IMG/VR virus record: IMGVR_UViG_3300020171_000437 | Coordinates: 1 to 62,781 of that record | DNA from: a virus | Taxonomy: Duplodnaviria > Caudoviricetes | DNA: 62,781 nt | Reading direction: 5' to 3' (one strand) | Shown here: piece by piece, positions 37,017 through 46,196 of the stretch | How the letters are laid out: every line of letters starts with the position of its first letter | How positions within the stretch are numbered: position 1 is the first letter of the stretch | Notes under the pieces: generated by a model | The model's input: only the letters and a program-made list of their open reading frames with translations | Told to the model about the DNA's origin: nothing | The model's database searches: none | Translations under genes and position numbers: made by a program

Positions 37017-37416
37017 TACGCAGTCATACTTGCCGCGTAGATTGTAACTGTGCTCCCGTTTGGTGTTGCGCCAAACTTAGACCTGATTATAAAATATGGG
37101 AACCTGTGTGTTGTTACAGCATAGGCTGAAGCCCCTGCTGTTACTGTCGTCCCTACAATCTCTATCGGAACACTCCTGCGTCTGTTGCCACATCAAGCCC
37201 AGACTCAAACGCACCGTACAACGTGATGACCATATCCTTGTCACTGAGGTTAGTTGCACCATAAAGGATTCCTCCGCCAGCAGGAATACTTACCTCCATC
37301 GCATGATAGTCTTGATCGTCAGCAACGAATGTTCCTGTCAGAAACCGGGCTTCACGCGATTGCAGATTGGCGAGGTCTTTGCTCAACGCCTCTGCGGTGA
37401 TTGCTACATCAGCCAT
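37016..37416 (-). pseudogene. Beta-sandwich protein interrupted by an apparent 1-nt deletion near 37167
   Basis: Frame 0 stops at TTC CGA TAG; -1 frame continues PIEIVG...FPYFIIR...TA to a TAATG junction at 37016. Confidence 0.7.
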
Positions 37417-37458
37417 AACTACCTCCTTGTTTCAAGATCAGTATACAGCAGAGGCGCA

Positions 37459-37842
37459 TCAAATGTCGCGTTCGTCATCCTCCTTCGTCTCTTCGTCGAT
37501 TCCGAGTAAAGAGAGTGCTCCCTTACGGGATAGCCAGTCGAACCCGCTCTCTATGTCCGCAAATGGGATGCCCTGCTCATTGACCACTAGGCCGATGTAG
37601 TTCTCGCAGAGAATCTCCGTGATGTCCTTATCCCATACGAATCTCAACGTGGTATTAAAGAAGCCGAGATTTGTGAAGAGCCTCCAGTACCACGGAGCCT
37701 CGGTCCTGAGCCAGCGATTGTGAGCCCGTCGTGCTGCGGTCTCCATCAGATAAATGCGTCCTTCCGACCAAGATACCAATCTTGCCTTGCTCATCATCAT
37801 CTCTCCTTCGGCCCAATCCTCAACGGCTACCCTTCTTTTCAA
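37459..37842 (-). CDS. Hypothetical protein
   Basis: Minus-strand operon continuity; start uncertain. Confidence 0.55.
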   Translation of the reverse strand: MKRRVAVEDWAEGEMMMSKARLVSWSEGRIYLMETAARRAHNRWLRTEAPWYWRLFTNLGFFNTTLRFVWDKDITEILCENYIGLVVNEQGIPFADIESGFDWLSRKGALSLLGIDEETKEDDERDI

Positions 37843-37854
37843 GAAACAGGTCGG

Positions 37855-38382
37855 TTAGTTTGGCCCCTTTATCAGTTCTGGGCGTTCGATGTCTGCAAGA
37901 ACCGCACCAAGAAATTCCTGCCACTCAGGCAACTTGTGTTTGATTCTCTGGCTGTAGATGTTTGAGAGACACTTGTAGTTCATGCAGACAATTCTTCGTT
38001 GTAGAAATCCTTCCGGCAGCAAGCCTTTTGCAGCCACTAATTGTTTTGACCGTATCCGCAGGTTGATCGTGTTGATGATCCCAAGTGGAAGCGGAACGCA
38101 GAAGTCGTCCTGAGTAACTGGACGCGCCAGCAGCGTGTGCATCGTTGACGCAGACTGAGATGATATTCCAGTTCTATATGTTGCAAACTGTGCCCACCAA
38201 AACCGGGGCGCTGTTACATCAAGCCAGACAACAATACTTTCTAGGAACTTTGCATGGCTGCCTCCTTTTTTGACCAGTGTTTTGGCAACTTCAGGCATAT
38301 CTACAACATACTTGTTGTAGCTAAGAGACAAGCCCAGCATTGCTTCATCATGTCCAGTCTCATTTAGAACAAATACTTTCAT
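37855..38382 (-). CDS. ThyX-like (flavin-dependent thymidylate synthase-related) protein
   Basis: HAKFLE, APRFWWAQFATYR, SASTMH, LPEG, NY..L.NIY.QR..H.LPEW. Confidence 0.7.
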   Translation of the reverse strand: MKVFVLNETGHDEAMLGLSLSYNKYVVDMPEVAKTLVKKGGSHAKFLESIVVWLDVTAPRFWWAQFATYRTGISSQSASTMHTLLARPVTQDDFCVPLPLGIINTINLRIRSKQLVAAKGLLPEGFLQRRIVCMNYKCLSNIYSQRIKHKLPEWQEFLGAVLADIERPELIKGPN

Positions 38383-38591
38383 TTTGTATCCTTCAGATCA
38401 TCGATATAGATAATCCCTATATTCCTGTCATACACGGCGTTCGCAATCATGCAGCCAACATGCACCGGCTTTGCTTGCATAATGTTGCCTTTATCAGACC
38501 CAAAGATTGGGACCAAACAACACTCTTCGTCGCGATTAGTCCCGCATATTGGACAGATGGCGGCATCTGGGAAGTTCGGGAATTTGTTCAT
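38379..38591 (-). CDS. Small Zn-binding hypothetical protein
   Basis: CPICG...HVGC. Confidence 0.55.
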   Translation of the reverse strand: MNKFPNFPDAAICPICGTNRDEECCLVPIFGSDKGNIMQAKPVHVGCMIANAVYDRNIGIIYIDDLKDTK

Positions 38592-38603
38592 TTTGTCTCC
38601 TTT

Positions 38604-38873
38604 TCAAACATCATGGCTGGCAAACATAGATATCTTGGCATGGTCATCCTCATATTTATCCTTTTGCATCCGGGCGATTCTCCACTTGCCGTCCCTCTCC
38701 TCAAATTCGAGGGAAGAAGACTTCTTCATGAATGCCATTACTTCTGCAAATTCTTCGTGCGTATACATATCTGCTATTAGCATCAAGTCTGCCTCATGTG
38801 CCCATTTGTTGTTGTGACGCATATTGGCGATCACTTTCGATGCTCTCATTGCCGTTTCTTTGTTCATTGGCAT
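38604..38873 (-). CDS. Hypothetical protein
   Basis: Operon continuity. Confidence 0.5.
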   Translation of the reverse strand: MPMNKETAMRASKVIANMRHNNKWAHEADLMLIADMYTHEEFAEVMAFMKKSSSLEFEERDGKWRIARMQKDKYEDDHAKISMFASHDV

Positions 38874-38946
38874 ATTTGTGCCACCAAGGCGGGCAAGGCG
38901 AAAGAAATAGCCTCTCGCTTCATTGTAGGGCGTCGCCAGCCAACGA

Positions 38947-39975
38947 TCACAGCCACGATATGCCTACCAATTCTTCGGCTTCCATATCCTCGTCTGTCCA
39001 GAATGGTATCTCTTGCCCACGGTTGTCGTAGACACAGAACGCATTCTTCCCGCGCTTGACGGTGAATCCATGTGCGAATTTCTGGACAGATATGACCATT
39101 GGACCTGTCTTTGACGTTTCATCCGTCATCGGGCTTTGACGGCCAGCCACCTTCGTAATCAGCATTTCCAGATCTGAAATCCTGGCAAGCGTCTTCTCGC
39201 CAGATCCCCACATCAGCACATACATCCTCGGTTGTTCTATCTTCACGCCAAGTTCTGCCAGCGCCCTGGCAATGTCCGACTTCGATTGGTCAACCGCAGC
39301 ATACAGCATTGCCTGGATTGTCTCTTTGCTGCACAGGGTCCACAGCCTGCGCTGTGACGCACTGACAAACTTGTTGACCTTGCTCACGACCAAGCCTCTT
39401 GGCCATTCAAGATCGTGTTGTTCTATCCATTCAGCCGCCTGAATCTGCTTCATTGCCACTTCAGAATCAAAGCCTTCCGACGAAAGCATCTGCTCTGGTG
39501 ACGCGGCATCTGGGGCAAGTAAATCATAATCTTCGTACAATTCAAGCATGGCTTTGGCCCTGTCTGCTTCAAACATCCGGTCTCCACGCACTGCTGTCAG
39601 TAGCTCACCAAGATGTTCTTTGACTAACCGCGCATGAAGCCAGATGTCTCTGTGCGAGATATCAATTCCGTTGTGATCTACGATATCCAGCACTGGATAC
39701 GGGACGCCAGCCTCGCAGTAGTCGGGGTCCATCTCGACGATCCGGTATGCCTTGGTCGGGTGATGAAGGAGATTATGACAGTTCCTACAAGCATAGAGGA
39801 GGTTCTTCTTGTCGTTCGTCCAGTGTTCGTCGGACTGCCCTCCCATGCCGGAATGAATCCGGTGGACAATATCCATCGGGTTGCCATCCTCTCCCATGTA
39901 GTTCGTTCTATGAAAGAGTTGACAACATTGATCTGCTCTAGCTTTTACGAACTCTCGTGTTGCATCATTGATCAT
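38947..39975 (-). CDS. Protein with N-terminal HNH-like domain
   Basis: CQL...DIVHRIH...NLLYACRNCHNLLH. Confidence 0.6.
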   Translation of the reverse strand: MINDATREFVKARADQCCQLFHRTNYMGEDGNPMDIVHRIHSGMGGQSDEHWTNDKKNLLYACRNCHNLLHHPTKAYRIVEMDPDYCEAGVPYPVLDIVDHNGIDISHRDIWLHARLVKEHLGELLTAVRGDRMFEADRAKAMLELYEDYDLLAPDAASPEQMLSSEGFDSEVAMKQIQAAEWIEQHDLEWPRGLVVSKVNKFVSASQRRLWTLCSKETIQAMLYAAVDQSKSDIARALAELGVKIEQPRMYVLMWGSGEKTLARISDLEMLITKVAGRQSPMTDETSKTGPMVISVQKFAHGFTVKRGKNAFCVYDNRGQEIPFWTDEDMEAEELVGISWL

Positions 39976-40550
39976 GAAATCACCTTCCTTCGGTCGTCAC
40001 CCTTCAGTTGCAGCATCTTGCACTGCCCTCGCCATCTCGACATCACCCGGTCCCCATACCGTCTAGCCATGTCTTCTGACGAAAGGTTTGTTGTCACCAC
40101 AATCGGTAACTCGTTCTCCCATCGCGCATCAAAGATAGCCTGGAATGACGAAAAGATGAAGTCTCCTTTGCCGTCATATTCTGCACCAAGATCATCAAGC
40201 AAGAGCAGATGGGCCTTCTTGCAGAGAGTAACTTGATCGTACTCTCCATCTCGCAATTTCGATGCCAAGTCAGGCGACTTCCAGTATGCGAACGTCTTCG
40301 CTATTGTGAATCCCTCAATGCCGTTTACGACCTTCTCAACAGGTATGTTTGCGGCCTCAATGTCGTTTAGGATCGAGATAAGGATGTGTGTCTTGCCGGT
40401 TCCGACAGGCCCCTGCAAGATGAGTCCAGTCATCGTTCCTTCAACGATCTTCTTCGCAAACTCAATGGCTTTCTTGTTGTTTGCATCGACGATGCAAGTC
40501 GCAAGAGATGCGGCCTTAAACCTAGTCCCTATCTGCGATCCGTAGATCAT
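39972..40550 (-). CDS. DnaC/IstB-like AAA+ helicase loader
   Basis: GPVGTGKTH, LLLLDDLGAE, TTNL, DRVMSR, GDDRR. Confidence 0.93.
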   Translation of the reverse strand: MIYGSQIGTRFKAASLATCIVDANNKKAIEFAKKIVEGTMTGLILQGPVGTGKTHILISILNDIEAANIPVEKVVNGIEGFTIAKTFAYWKSPDLASKLRDGEYDQVTLCKKAHLLLLDDLGAEYDGKGDFIFSSFQAIFDARWENELPIVVTTNLSSEDMARRYGDRVMSRWRGQCKMLQLKGDDRRKVIS

Positions 40551-40987
40551 GCCACGATCACGTATCCTCGGATGTCTGCTGCATCTTCGATCAATGCAAG
40601 CATGTTGTCAGCAGCGTCGGCCTTCTCTCCAGGCGATTCTGCGTTGCACCACAACTCAAACGGGGACATCTCTCCTGAACAGGTGTCGTGAGGAGGGGAT
40701 TGAGATCTAGGCCACTCGATTAGGCATTTACCACAAGCCTTCTCTTCGGCCTCGGAGTCTATTCCCCATCTAAAGCCAGCATTCCAGCAACATGGGCACT
40801 GAAGTGGAATTTTAGGCACATCTCCGCCATTCTCTTTCCATCGTGGCCATTCTGCCTTGTCTCGGCTACGCCCTTGTCTCGCTTCGTCCCTCATCCACAG
40901 CCACAGCTCGTAACACAGCGCAAGAACGTGGCCTTTGCTGTCTCGTCGATATCTGATTTTCACAAATGGGATTTCTAGTCTAAGCAT
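40547..40987 (-). CDS. Cys-rich hypothetical protein
   Basis: CPCC...CGKCLIEW; ATGA coupling. Confidence 0.55.
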   Translation of the reverse strand: MLRLEIPFVKIRYRRDSKGHVLALCYELWLWMRDEARQGRSRDKAEWPRWKENGGDVPKIPLQCPCCWNAGFRWGIDSEAEEKACGKCLIEWPRSQSPPHDTCSGEMSPFELWCNAESPGEKADAADNMLALIEDAADIRGYVIVA

Positions 40988-41204
40988 GGTTCTCCTCCTC
41001 GGACAGCATGGCTATGGCCGCTTCGTATTTCTCAATCATGTCTACTGCCGACATTGTTTGTTCGTCCCACATCATCAGCAAGGCATCTCTCACTAGGCCT
41101 AGCTTCGCGGCGACGATGGATTCTACTGCGCACAATTCCTCGCTAGTCATCAGCCCTTCTTTGTATATATCGTCAGCAATCTGTTTCGCTAATTTCATCT
41201 TCAT
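40980..41204 (-). CDS. Hypothetical protein
   Basis: GAGGAGG RBS; start moved to MKMKL. Confidence 0.5.
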   Translation of the reverse strand: MKMKLAKQIADDIYKEGLMTSEELCAVESIVAAKLGLVRDALLMMWDEQTMSAVDMIEKYEAAIAMLSEEENHA

Positions 41205-42012
41205 CCTCCTCAAATAGTCCGGCAAACTCTTTTGGATCTCTCGTAAGCGATCTGTTCGGCGTTCCGTTCGTGCTCTTGCGGCCACCAGCGTCCCATCTCT
41301 TAGCGGCGTTTACGTTGTTCTCAAACTTCGTTGGTCGGAATAGTGTTTCCGGCGTCAAGTATTTCTCCATCTCCGGATTGCCAAGCCAATCTGCAACCTT
41401 GAAGTCGATCATCAGCTTACAATCATCAAATGAGAACTTCTCAGCAAGTCGTGCGTGAATGTTCTCTCTGGATGCTTTGCTATGACGATAGGCAGCTTTT
41501 GATTTCGTGTTCAGATAGTCAATGATTGAATCAGTTTCGGCGAAGTCGACAGAAGTTTCCTGATCCTGATCCTGTTCCTTTCTCTGATCCTGTTCCTGTT
41601 CCTTGTCGTATACGGTATCGATAGGGTATCGATAGGGTATATCTAATTCGGAGTAGCGTTCGAGAAACTGCCCTATTAAAGGGCTTTTGTGCAATCCTTC
41701 TAAATGTGTCCCGATGTTTTTCAGCAATTTCCTGGAATGGCTCTGATAACGGAACATATTTACTACCCAAATTAGGTTGGATATGGTATCGATACGCACC
41801 AGATACCCTATCGATAGGGTATCAATCCCTTTGAGAACATCTGCTGTTTTTAGCCCTGTTTCGTGTGAAATGGTAGATGTCGGCACATAATATAGCCCCG
41901 AAAAATGTGCGTGAGGCGACGTGATGAAATAGAGAAAGAGGAGTTTATTCTCTGGCGATAGTTGTTTTACTTTGGGGTCTGTCCAGAATCTTGCGTCTAT
42001 AGTTCGGTACAT
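41173..42012 (-). CDS. Replication initiator (replisome organiser) with conserved phage C-terminal domain
   Basis: YRTIDARFWTD, KLLFLY, QEQDQ linker, IIDYLN, YLTPETLFRPTKFE; upstream of DnaC-like gene. Confidence 0.9.
   Translation of the reverse strand: MYRTIDARFWTDPKVKQLSPENKLLFLYFITSPHAHFSGLYYVPTSTISHETGLKTADVLKGIDTLSIGYLVRIDTISNLIWVVNMFRYQSHSRKLLKNIGTHLEGLHKSPLIGQFLERYSELDIPYRYPIDTVYDKEQEQDQRKEQDQDQETSVDFAETDSIIDYLNTKSKAAYRHSKASRENIHARLAEKFSFDDCKLMIDFKVADWLGNPEMEKYLTPETLFRPTKFENNVNAAKRWDAGGRKSTNGTPNRSLTRDPKEFAGLFEEDEDEISETDC
41614..41823. repeat. Iteron-like repeats, candidate origin inside initiator gene
   Basis: GGTATCGATAG x2.5 at 41614-41640; 22-bp palindrome GATACCCTATCGATAGGGTATC at 41802-41823. 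Confidence 0.7.
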
Positions 42013-42290
42013 TGCCCATCACCTATCTTCTCAAGCAAGCAGTCGTGGAAGAAATCTGCACCAATATGTTTGTATGCAAATTTAGATGACTCTCTGTTGC
42101 ATAGCGAGTGTAGTTGCCGATGGCACGATGGGCACAATCCAAGCAGGTTGTCTCTGTCGTCACCTCCGCCAACATTGCGAGGAACAATATGATGCAACAG
42201 ATCCATATCTGCTGTTTTGCATATCGCGCATTTTCCATTCTGTTCTTTGAGGATTAACAGGTATCTTTTTACTCGTTTGCTGTAAGGCAC
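41997..42290 (-). CDS. Small HNH endonuclease
   Basis: CAIC...HHIVP..GG.D..NL..LC..CH. Confidence 0.88.
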   Translation of the reverse strand: MPYSKRVKRYLLILKEQNGKCAICKTADMDLLHHIVPRNVGGGDDRDNLLGLCPSCHRQLHSLCNRESSKFAYKHIGADFFHDCLLEKIGDGQCTEL

Positions 42291-42292
42291 TA

Positions 42293-42385
42293 TGTCTACC
42301 TCCTACAGTAGGTTAGCGAACGGCCCGCACCGTCTGTAGGACGGGCGAGACAGCGTCAGCCCACGGGTTGGGCCGTCCACAAACC
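42293..42385 (-). promoter_or_regulatory. Structured leader able to sequester the RBS of the HNH/initiator genes
   Basis: Minus strand: ACGGCCC/GGGCCGT and TCCTACAG/CTGTAGGA pairings, the latter overlapping AGGAGG. Confidence 0.55.
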
Positions 42386-42661
42386 TTATTCTATCACATC
42401 CTGTGGATCAGGGACAACTACCCTATGCTGCACTGGGGAGAAGTCTGAACAACATGTTTTGTCCGCCGTGAAACATCTTTCTGGATCATTGATCCGTCCG
42501 CGTTTTTTGCAAAACTGGACCATTCTCGGATCATCTTCGTAGAGAACATCCCTCATCCAGAACACGCGGTCGCCGCTGAGAAGTTGCTTCCGGGCAGTAA
42601 AGTGATCTTCATAGTTCAGATGTTTACAACCGCTGAACGTTACTGTTACAGAATTCATCAC
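42386..42661 (-). CDS. Cys-rich hypothetical protein
   Basis: AGGAGG RBS; operon continuity. Confidence 0.55.
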   Translation of the reverse strand: MMNSVTVTFSGCKHLNYEDHFTARKQLLSGDRVFWMRDVLYEDDPRMVQFCKKRGRINDPERCFTADKTCCSDFSPVQHRVVVPDPQDVIE

Positions 42662-42873
42662 TCCTCCTTGTCCAACTCAACCTCTTGAAGCTCGACTACC
42701 GGCGCACCTTCTGCAAACCGTTCGGCCTCCTCGAGTGTGGCAAACACCGGCAACGCCCCTACCTGTCCATCACACCACTTCAGCTTGAGAAAAGGCAGCT
42801 TGAACGGCAGATTGCTCTCGACTTCCATCTCTGTCCTAATCGTGCCGACAGCGTAGAATACTCGTCGCTCCAT
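42658..42873 (-). CDS. Hypothetical protein
   Basis: Start MERRVF after AGGAGGAG. Confidence 0.55.
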   Translation of the reverse strand: MERRVFYAVGTIRTEMEVESNLPFKLPFLKLKWCDGQVGALPVFATLEEAERFAEGAPVVELQEVELDKEE

Positions 42874-43037
42874 CACTCCTCCTTCTTCCCTATCTTCGGC
42901 ACAGCACACACCGCGACGATTGCGAAGATGCCGAAGAAGCAGCCCAGCAGAAACCATCCACCGCCACTACGGCCCTTCTCACTTGCGATGTACGCACACA
43001 GCGCCCCTGACAGCAACCAAATGAATAGAAAGGCCAT
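42873..43037 (-). CDS. Small two-TM membrane protein, 54 aa (below ORF-track cutoff)
   Basis: MAFLFIW...IASEKGRSGGGWFLLGCFFGIFA. Confidence 0.65.
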   Translation of the reverse strand: MAFLFIWLLSGALCAYIASEKGRSGGGWFLLGCFFGIFAIVAVCAVPKIGKKEE

Positions 43038-43197
43038 TACTCATCACTCTCCTTCTTCTCCTCAAAGTCATGCTCCCCGCCAGCGGAACAGTTATTCGCA
43101 GAAGGGATTACAGTAGCCCCGGCGTCCTGTAGCATCGCGAGAAGCATCAGCCTTTTCAGAGATTTGCCACACTTGTTGCAGCATTTCGTATCTGACA

Positions 43198-44181
43198 TCA
43201 CTCATCCCCTCCTTGCAACCGGCTGATCGTGCGCTTCATGTACGAAGACGCGGCCACTGTGAACTCCTTCTTCTGGACGAGCTTGCCCTCTACAAACCAA
43301 TCGCCGCAAATGAAGACCTCGGGCAGTTCCTTAATCATGTCCTTGACCTTTTTGTCGGCCTGGTTGTAGAGCTTGCTGGCTTCTGCGTTTTGATCCCTGA
43401 TTTCGAGCAACTCTTCAAGTTCAGGATTTTCGAAGATTTCGGCCCCCGTTCCCGTGGTGATGAGAGGCTGGCAGATGACGTTAAAGGGGCATTCTCGGCA
43501 GTATCCAGTCTCAAGCCTATCAGGAGCCGCATCTTTGGCGATTGCCTTATTCACGGCACTGGCCTTGTCAAGCATCTGGTTTGCCAAGTCGTAATCGAGA
43601 GGCACCCAAATGTCCTTGATTCGGTATGTCGTCTTGTTCTTCAAGATGAGCAGACCAACCGGCTTCTCGATGCCCAACAGGTAGATCTGTAGCTGCCCTG
43701 GGTACTTCTTGATCCAGTGCTTGTCGGACGCGATGATGTCCTCATACGAGTTGATCGAATCCCAGATCCAGGGAGACATCGACTTGATTTCTGTCGGCAC
43801 CCACATTGGCTTGCCGTTATCTTCGAGTGGCCAGTCCGGCCATTCGTTGATGTTGATCGGGACAGTGTTGCCGTCGATCGATCCACTGATTTCGTAGTGG
43901 GCGAGGTCGATAGCCCGCTGTTGCTGGTTCAGTTGTAGGCCAAACCGGCGCAGCATCTCTTCTGTGTTGCGTTCTTGAACTTTACCTTCTTCAAAGATCT
44001 CAAGTAGTCCGACATCTGGCAGCGGACGCTGGTTCCAAGCCGTCCGCATGTAATACAAATATCTAACGCATGGATGCCCCATTTCAGAGGCGCGGTTTGA
44101 TCGGACTGGCCATTCTTCTCGTTGAGAGAGGATTCCAGCCCTGATCTTCTCAGCTATCATTCCGTTCTGTGGCAAGTTCAT
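43198..44181 (-). CDS. Cas4-like PD-(D/E)XK exonuclease with Fe-S cysteines
   Basis: RASEMGHPC, GSIDG, EIKS, QLQIY, CRECPFNVIC. Confidence 0.88.
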   Translation of the reverse strand: MNLPQNGMIAEKIRAGILSQREEWPVRSNRASEMGHPCVRYLYYMRTAWNQRPLPDVGLLEIFEEGKVQERNTEEMLRRFGLQLNQQQRAIDLAHYEISGSIDGNTVPININEWPDWPLEDNGKPMWVPTEIKSMSPWIWDSINSYEDIIASDKHWIKKYPGQLQIYLLGIEKPVGLLILKNKTTYRIKDIWVPLDYDLANQMLDKASAVNKAIAKDAAPDRLETGYCRECPFNVICQPLITTGTGAEIFENPELEELLEIRDQNAEASKLYNQADKKVKDMIKELPEVFICGDWFVEGKLVQKKEFTVAASSYMKRTISRLQGGDE

Positions 44182-44440
44182 TGCGGTCCTCCTTCACGTC
44201 GTGCTTGATCTGGGCGATCATGGCAGACATGTTTGCGAAGTTTTCCAGGTAGTACCATTCGCACGGCTGGGATATGTATCCACCGATCGTGAACTGCGGT
44301 TCATCTCCAAGACTGCGGTATGTATCCTGTTGAACCTCGACAGCCGTATGGTGGTAAGTACCATCAAAGAGCTTGTCGAGTTCCCTCTCCAACCTGCTGA
44401 TGCGCTTCATGTTCTTCTTCAAGAACTGTTCTAGGTTCAT
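44150..44440 (-). CDS. Hypothetical protein
   Basis: Operon continuity. Confidence 0.5.
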   Translation of the reverse strand: MNLEQFLKKNMKRISRLERELDKLFDGTYHHTAVEVQQDTYRSLGDEPQFTIGGYISQPCEWYYLENFANMSAMIAQIKHDVKEDRNELATERNDS

Positions 44441-44442
44441 GT

Positions 44443-44769
44443 TTACTCTCCTGGAAAGACTCCAACGCATTCAAGCAGTTGGAGGATGAGGTCTTCTGCC
44501 GTGGGGGCAGAGACAGGGGGCTTCTCGTCTATGGCGCACCAAGGCAACAGCCCGTGGTCAACCAGCACTTGCCGTTCGAGGTAGACGGTCTCCCTCTTTA
44601 TACCGGCACCTGCCGTGGAGTCTCTTCCGTCCTCTTCTACCTTGCTGATTGCCAGCGAAACGGCCCACAGCCGAGGGTTCGGTTCACCATCATGGCGAGG
44701 GAACTCATACGTCTTCCTTCTCAGTCCTTCAGTTCCCGTCGTCGTTATCCGCACTATCGTCTCTTTCAT
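44443..44769 (-). CDS. Hypothetical protein
   Basis: GAGGAGG RBS. Confidence 0.55.
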   Translation of the reverse strand: MKETIVRITTTGTEGLRRKTYEFPRHDGEPNPRLWAVSLAISKVEEDGRDSTAGAGIKRETVYLERQVLVDHGLLPWCAIDEKPPVSAPTAEDLILQLLECVGVFPGE

Positions 44770-44935
44770 GTTCGGCCTCCTCCTCGTGAATCGTCATCAT
44801 CATGGCCTGGCAGACCATCCCCGCGAAAGGGAATGGCCCGCCGATTAGAGTATCATCGCTGTCGAGGCGGGAGTTGACCCACGAAGACAGGCCCTCGGTA
44901 GTTGTCTCTGTAAGGATTGTATAGACCTTATCCAT
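44729..44935 (-). CDS. Small hypothetical protein
   Basis: MDKVYTIL...LIGGPF...CQAM. Confidence 0.5.
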   Translation of the reverse strand: MDKVYTILTETTTEGLSSWVNSRLDSDDTLIGGPFPFAGMVCQAMMMTIHEEEAEHERDDSADNDDGN

Positions 44936-45830
44936 CTTCAAACCCCCTGAACGGAAGTGGCTGTTCTTCGTCGTTATCCCCACCGCCATCCTGTTGCATG
45001 TCGGACATGAAGATCTTGTACATATCTCTGATCTTCCCGAGGTTGACATCGAGCCGCTTGCCGTTGAGCTTGGTCATCGGGACGCCAGGAACCATCGTTC
45101 CGTCCTTGCCCTCGAACGCGGATGTTTGAAGCAGCAACGCATTTGCCGCCTTTGTGTCTCCACCGGAAATCTCTACAAGCATGTTCCAGAGTTCCGTCTT
45201 CTTCTCTAGGTCTCCTTCGGTCGGTGCTGTTTGAGAAGTGCGGCTGATCTTGGCTACCTTGCCCTTCTCGATGCCGTGCTTCTCCAGGTCTTCCCACGTC
45301 AAGTTCCGAAGTCCAAGGATAATCTGGACGCCACGGGCGAGAGCATTAGTGTAACTTGACTTGCGGACAGATGCCTCATCGATCTGGTCAATCGGGATTG
45401 CCTGTCCGCCACGAATGCCAAAGAACGGGTCTTTCGAGCTTCTGGTGCCCAAGATGTCGATGACTCGGCCCATTCTTGGAGCAGAGATTCGGAGCGTGGT
45501 GAGCCAGATGTAGGAATCGTCCTTGATGGTCTTCTCTTGCTTGATAATCTGCCACGAGATCCCCCAGAGGGCGGCAGTTTTCTCACTACCGGAACTCTGT
45601 AGGTAAGGCTTGCCGCTCTGGTCAACCCAATCCTGGGGATTGGTGGCACTCAGGCTCGCAAGCTGAATCTGCCGCATAGCCTTGGCGATTGCAGGAGCCT
45701 GCTCGGCCATCTTAATCAATGTGTCGAACGAGTATCCGGTCAAGGACATCTCGTTTACGATCTGGACATCACCTACATCTGCGAAATCTGTATCTTCGTC
45801 GATGATTCTTAGACCTGTGTTGTGTTCCAT
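44928..45830 (-). CDS. Putative single-strand annealing protein (Rad52/Sak-like)
   Basis: PYLQSSGSEK, KSSYTNALARGV; same operon as Cas4-like exonuclease. Confidence 0.6.
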   Translation of the reverse strand: MEHNTGLRIIDEDTDFADVGDVQIVNEMSLTGYSFDTLIKMAEQAPAIAKAMRQIQLASLSATNPQDWVDQSGKPYLQSSGSEKTAALWGISWQIIKQEKTIKDDSYIWLTTLRISAPRMGRVIDILGTRSSKDPFFGIRGGQAIPIDQIDEASVRKSSYTNALARGVQIILGLRNLTWEDLEKHGIEKGKVAKISRTSQTAPTEGDLEKKTELWNMLVEISGGDTKAANALLLQTSAFEGKDGTMVPGVPMTKLNGKRLDVNLGKIRDMYKIFMSDMQQDGGGDNDEEQPLPFRGFEDG

Positions 45831-45994
45831 TTGGATTCCTCCTTTTGCGCGTTCAGCGCCTCTTCCCACAGCAACCCTTTGGTTGCTAGATCCCTGATCC
45901 GTTCTGACATTGCGCCTTTGTGGCAGGCTTCTGCCTCCTCGATCAAGGTGTCGTCCTTGCCCTGTGTGAGTGTTACTCCGATAACCATCTTCAT
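45809..45994 (-). CDS. Small RHH-like regulator
   Basis: IGVTL...MSERIRDLATKGL; first gene after promoter. Confidence 0.55.
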   Translation of the reverse strand: MKMVIGVTLTQGKDDTLIEEAEACHKGAMSERIRDLATKGLLWEEALNAQKEESKWNTTQV

Positions 45995-46022
45995 GATTCC
46001 CCTCCTAACGATTGAATGATGG

Positions 46023-46097
46023 ATTGTAGCACGAATACCATACGTTGTCAAGAGGCTATCAAAAAGACTTGTATTCCTTGACCCAATCTGCTATACT
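46023..46097. promoter_or_regulatory. Back-to-back divergent sigma70-like promoters
   Basis: Minus: TTGACA(46051-46046)-17-TACAAT; plus: TTGTAT(46069)-17-TGcTATACT. Confidence 0.8.
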
Positions 46098-46196
46098 CGT
46101 TCTACCTCTATCTCTAGTGAAAGGCGATAGAATGGGGTCGAGATCTATACTAAGCATGTGCCGATCTCGGCCCCGACCCTAAAGGAGGAATGAGGG

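Noticed and set aside
43198-44181. CRISPR-Cas locus suggested by the Cas4-like gene
   Set aside because: No repeat-spacer array or other cas genes; solo Cas4-like nucleases beside annealing proteins are common phage recombination modules
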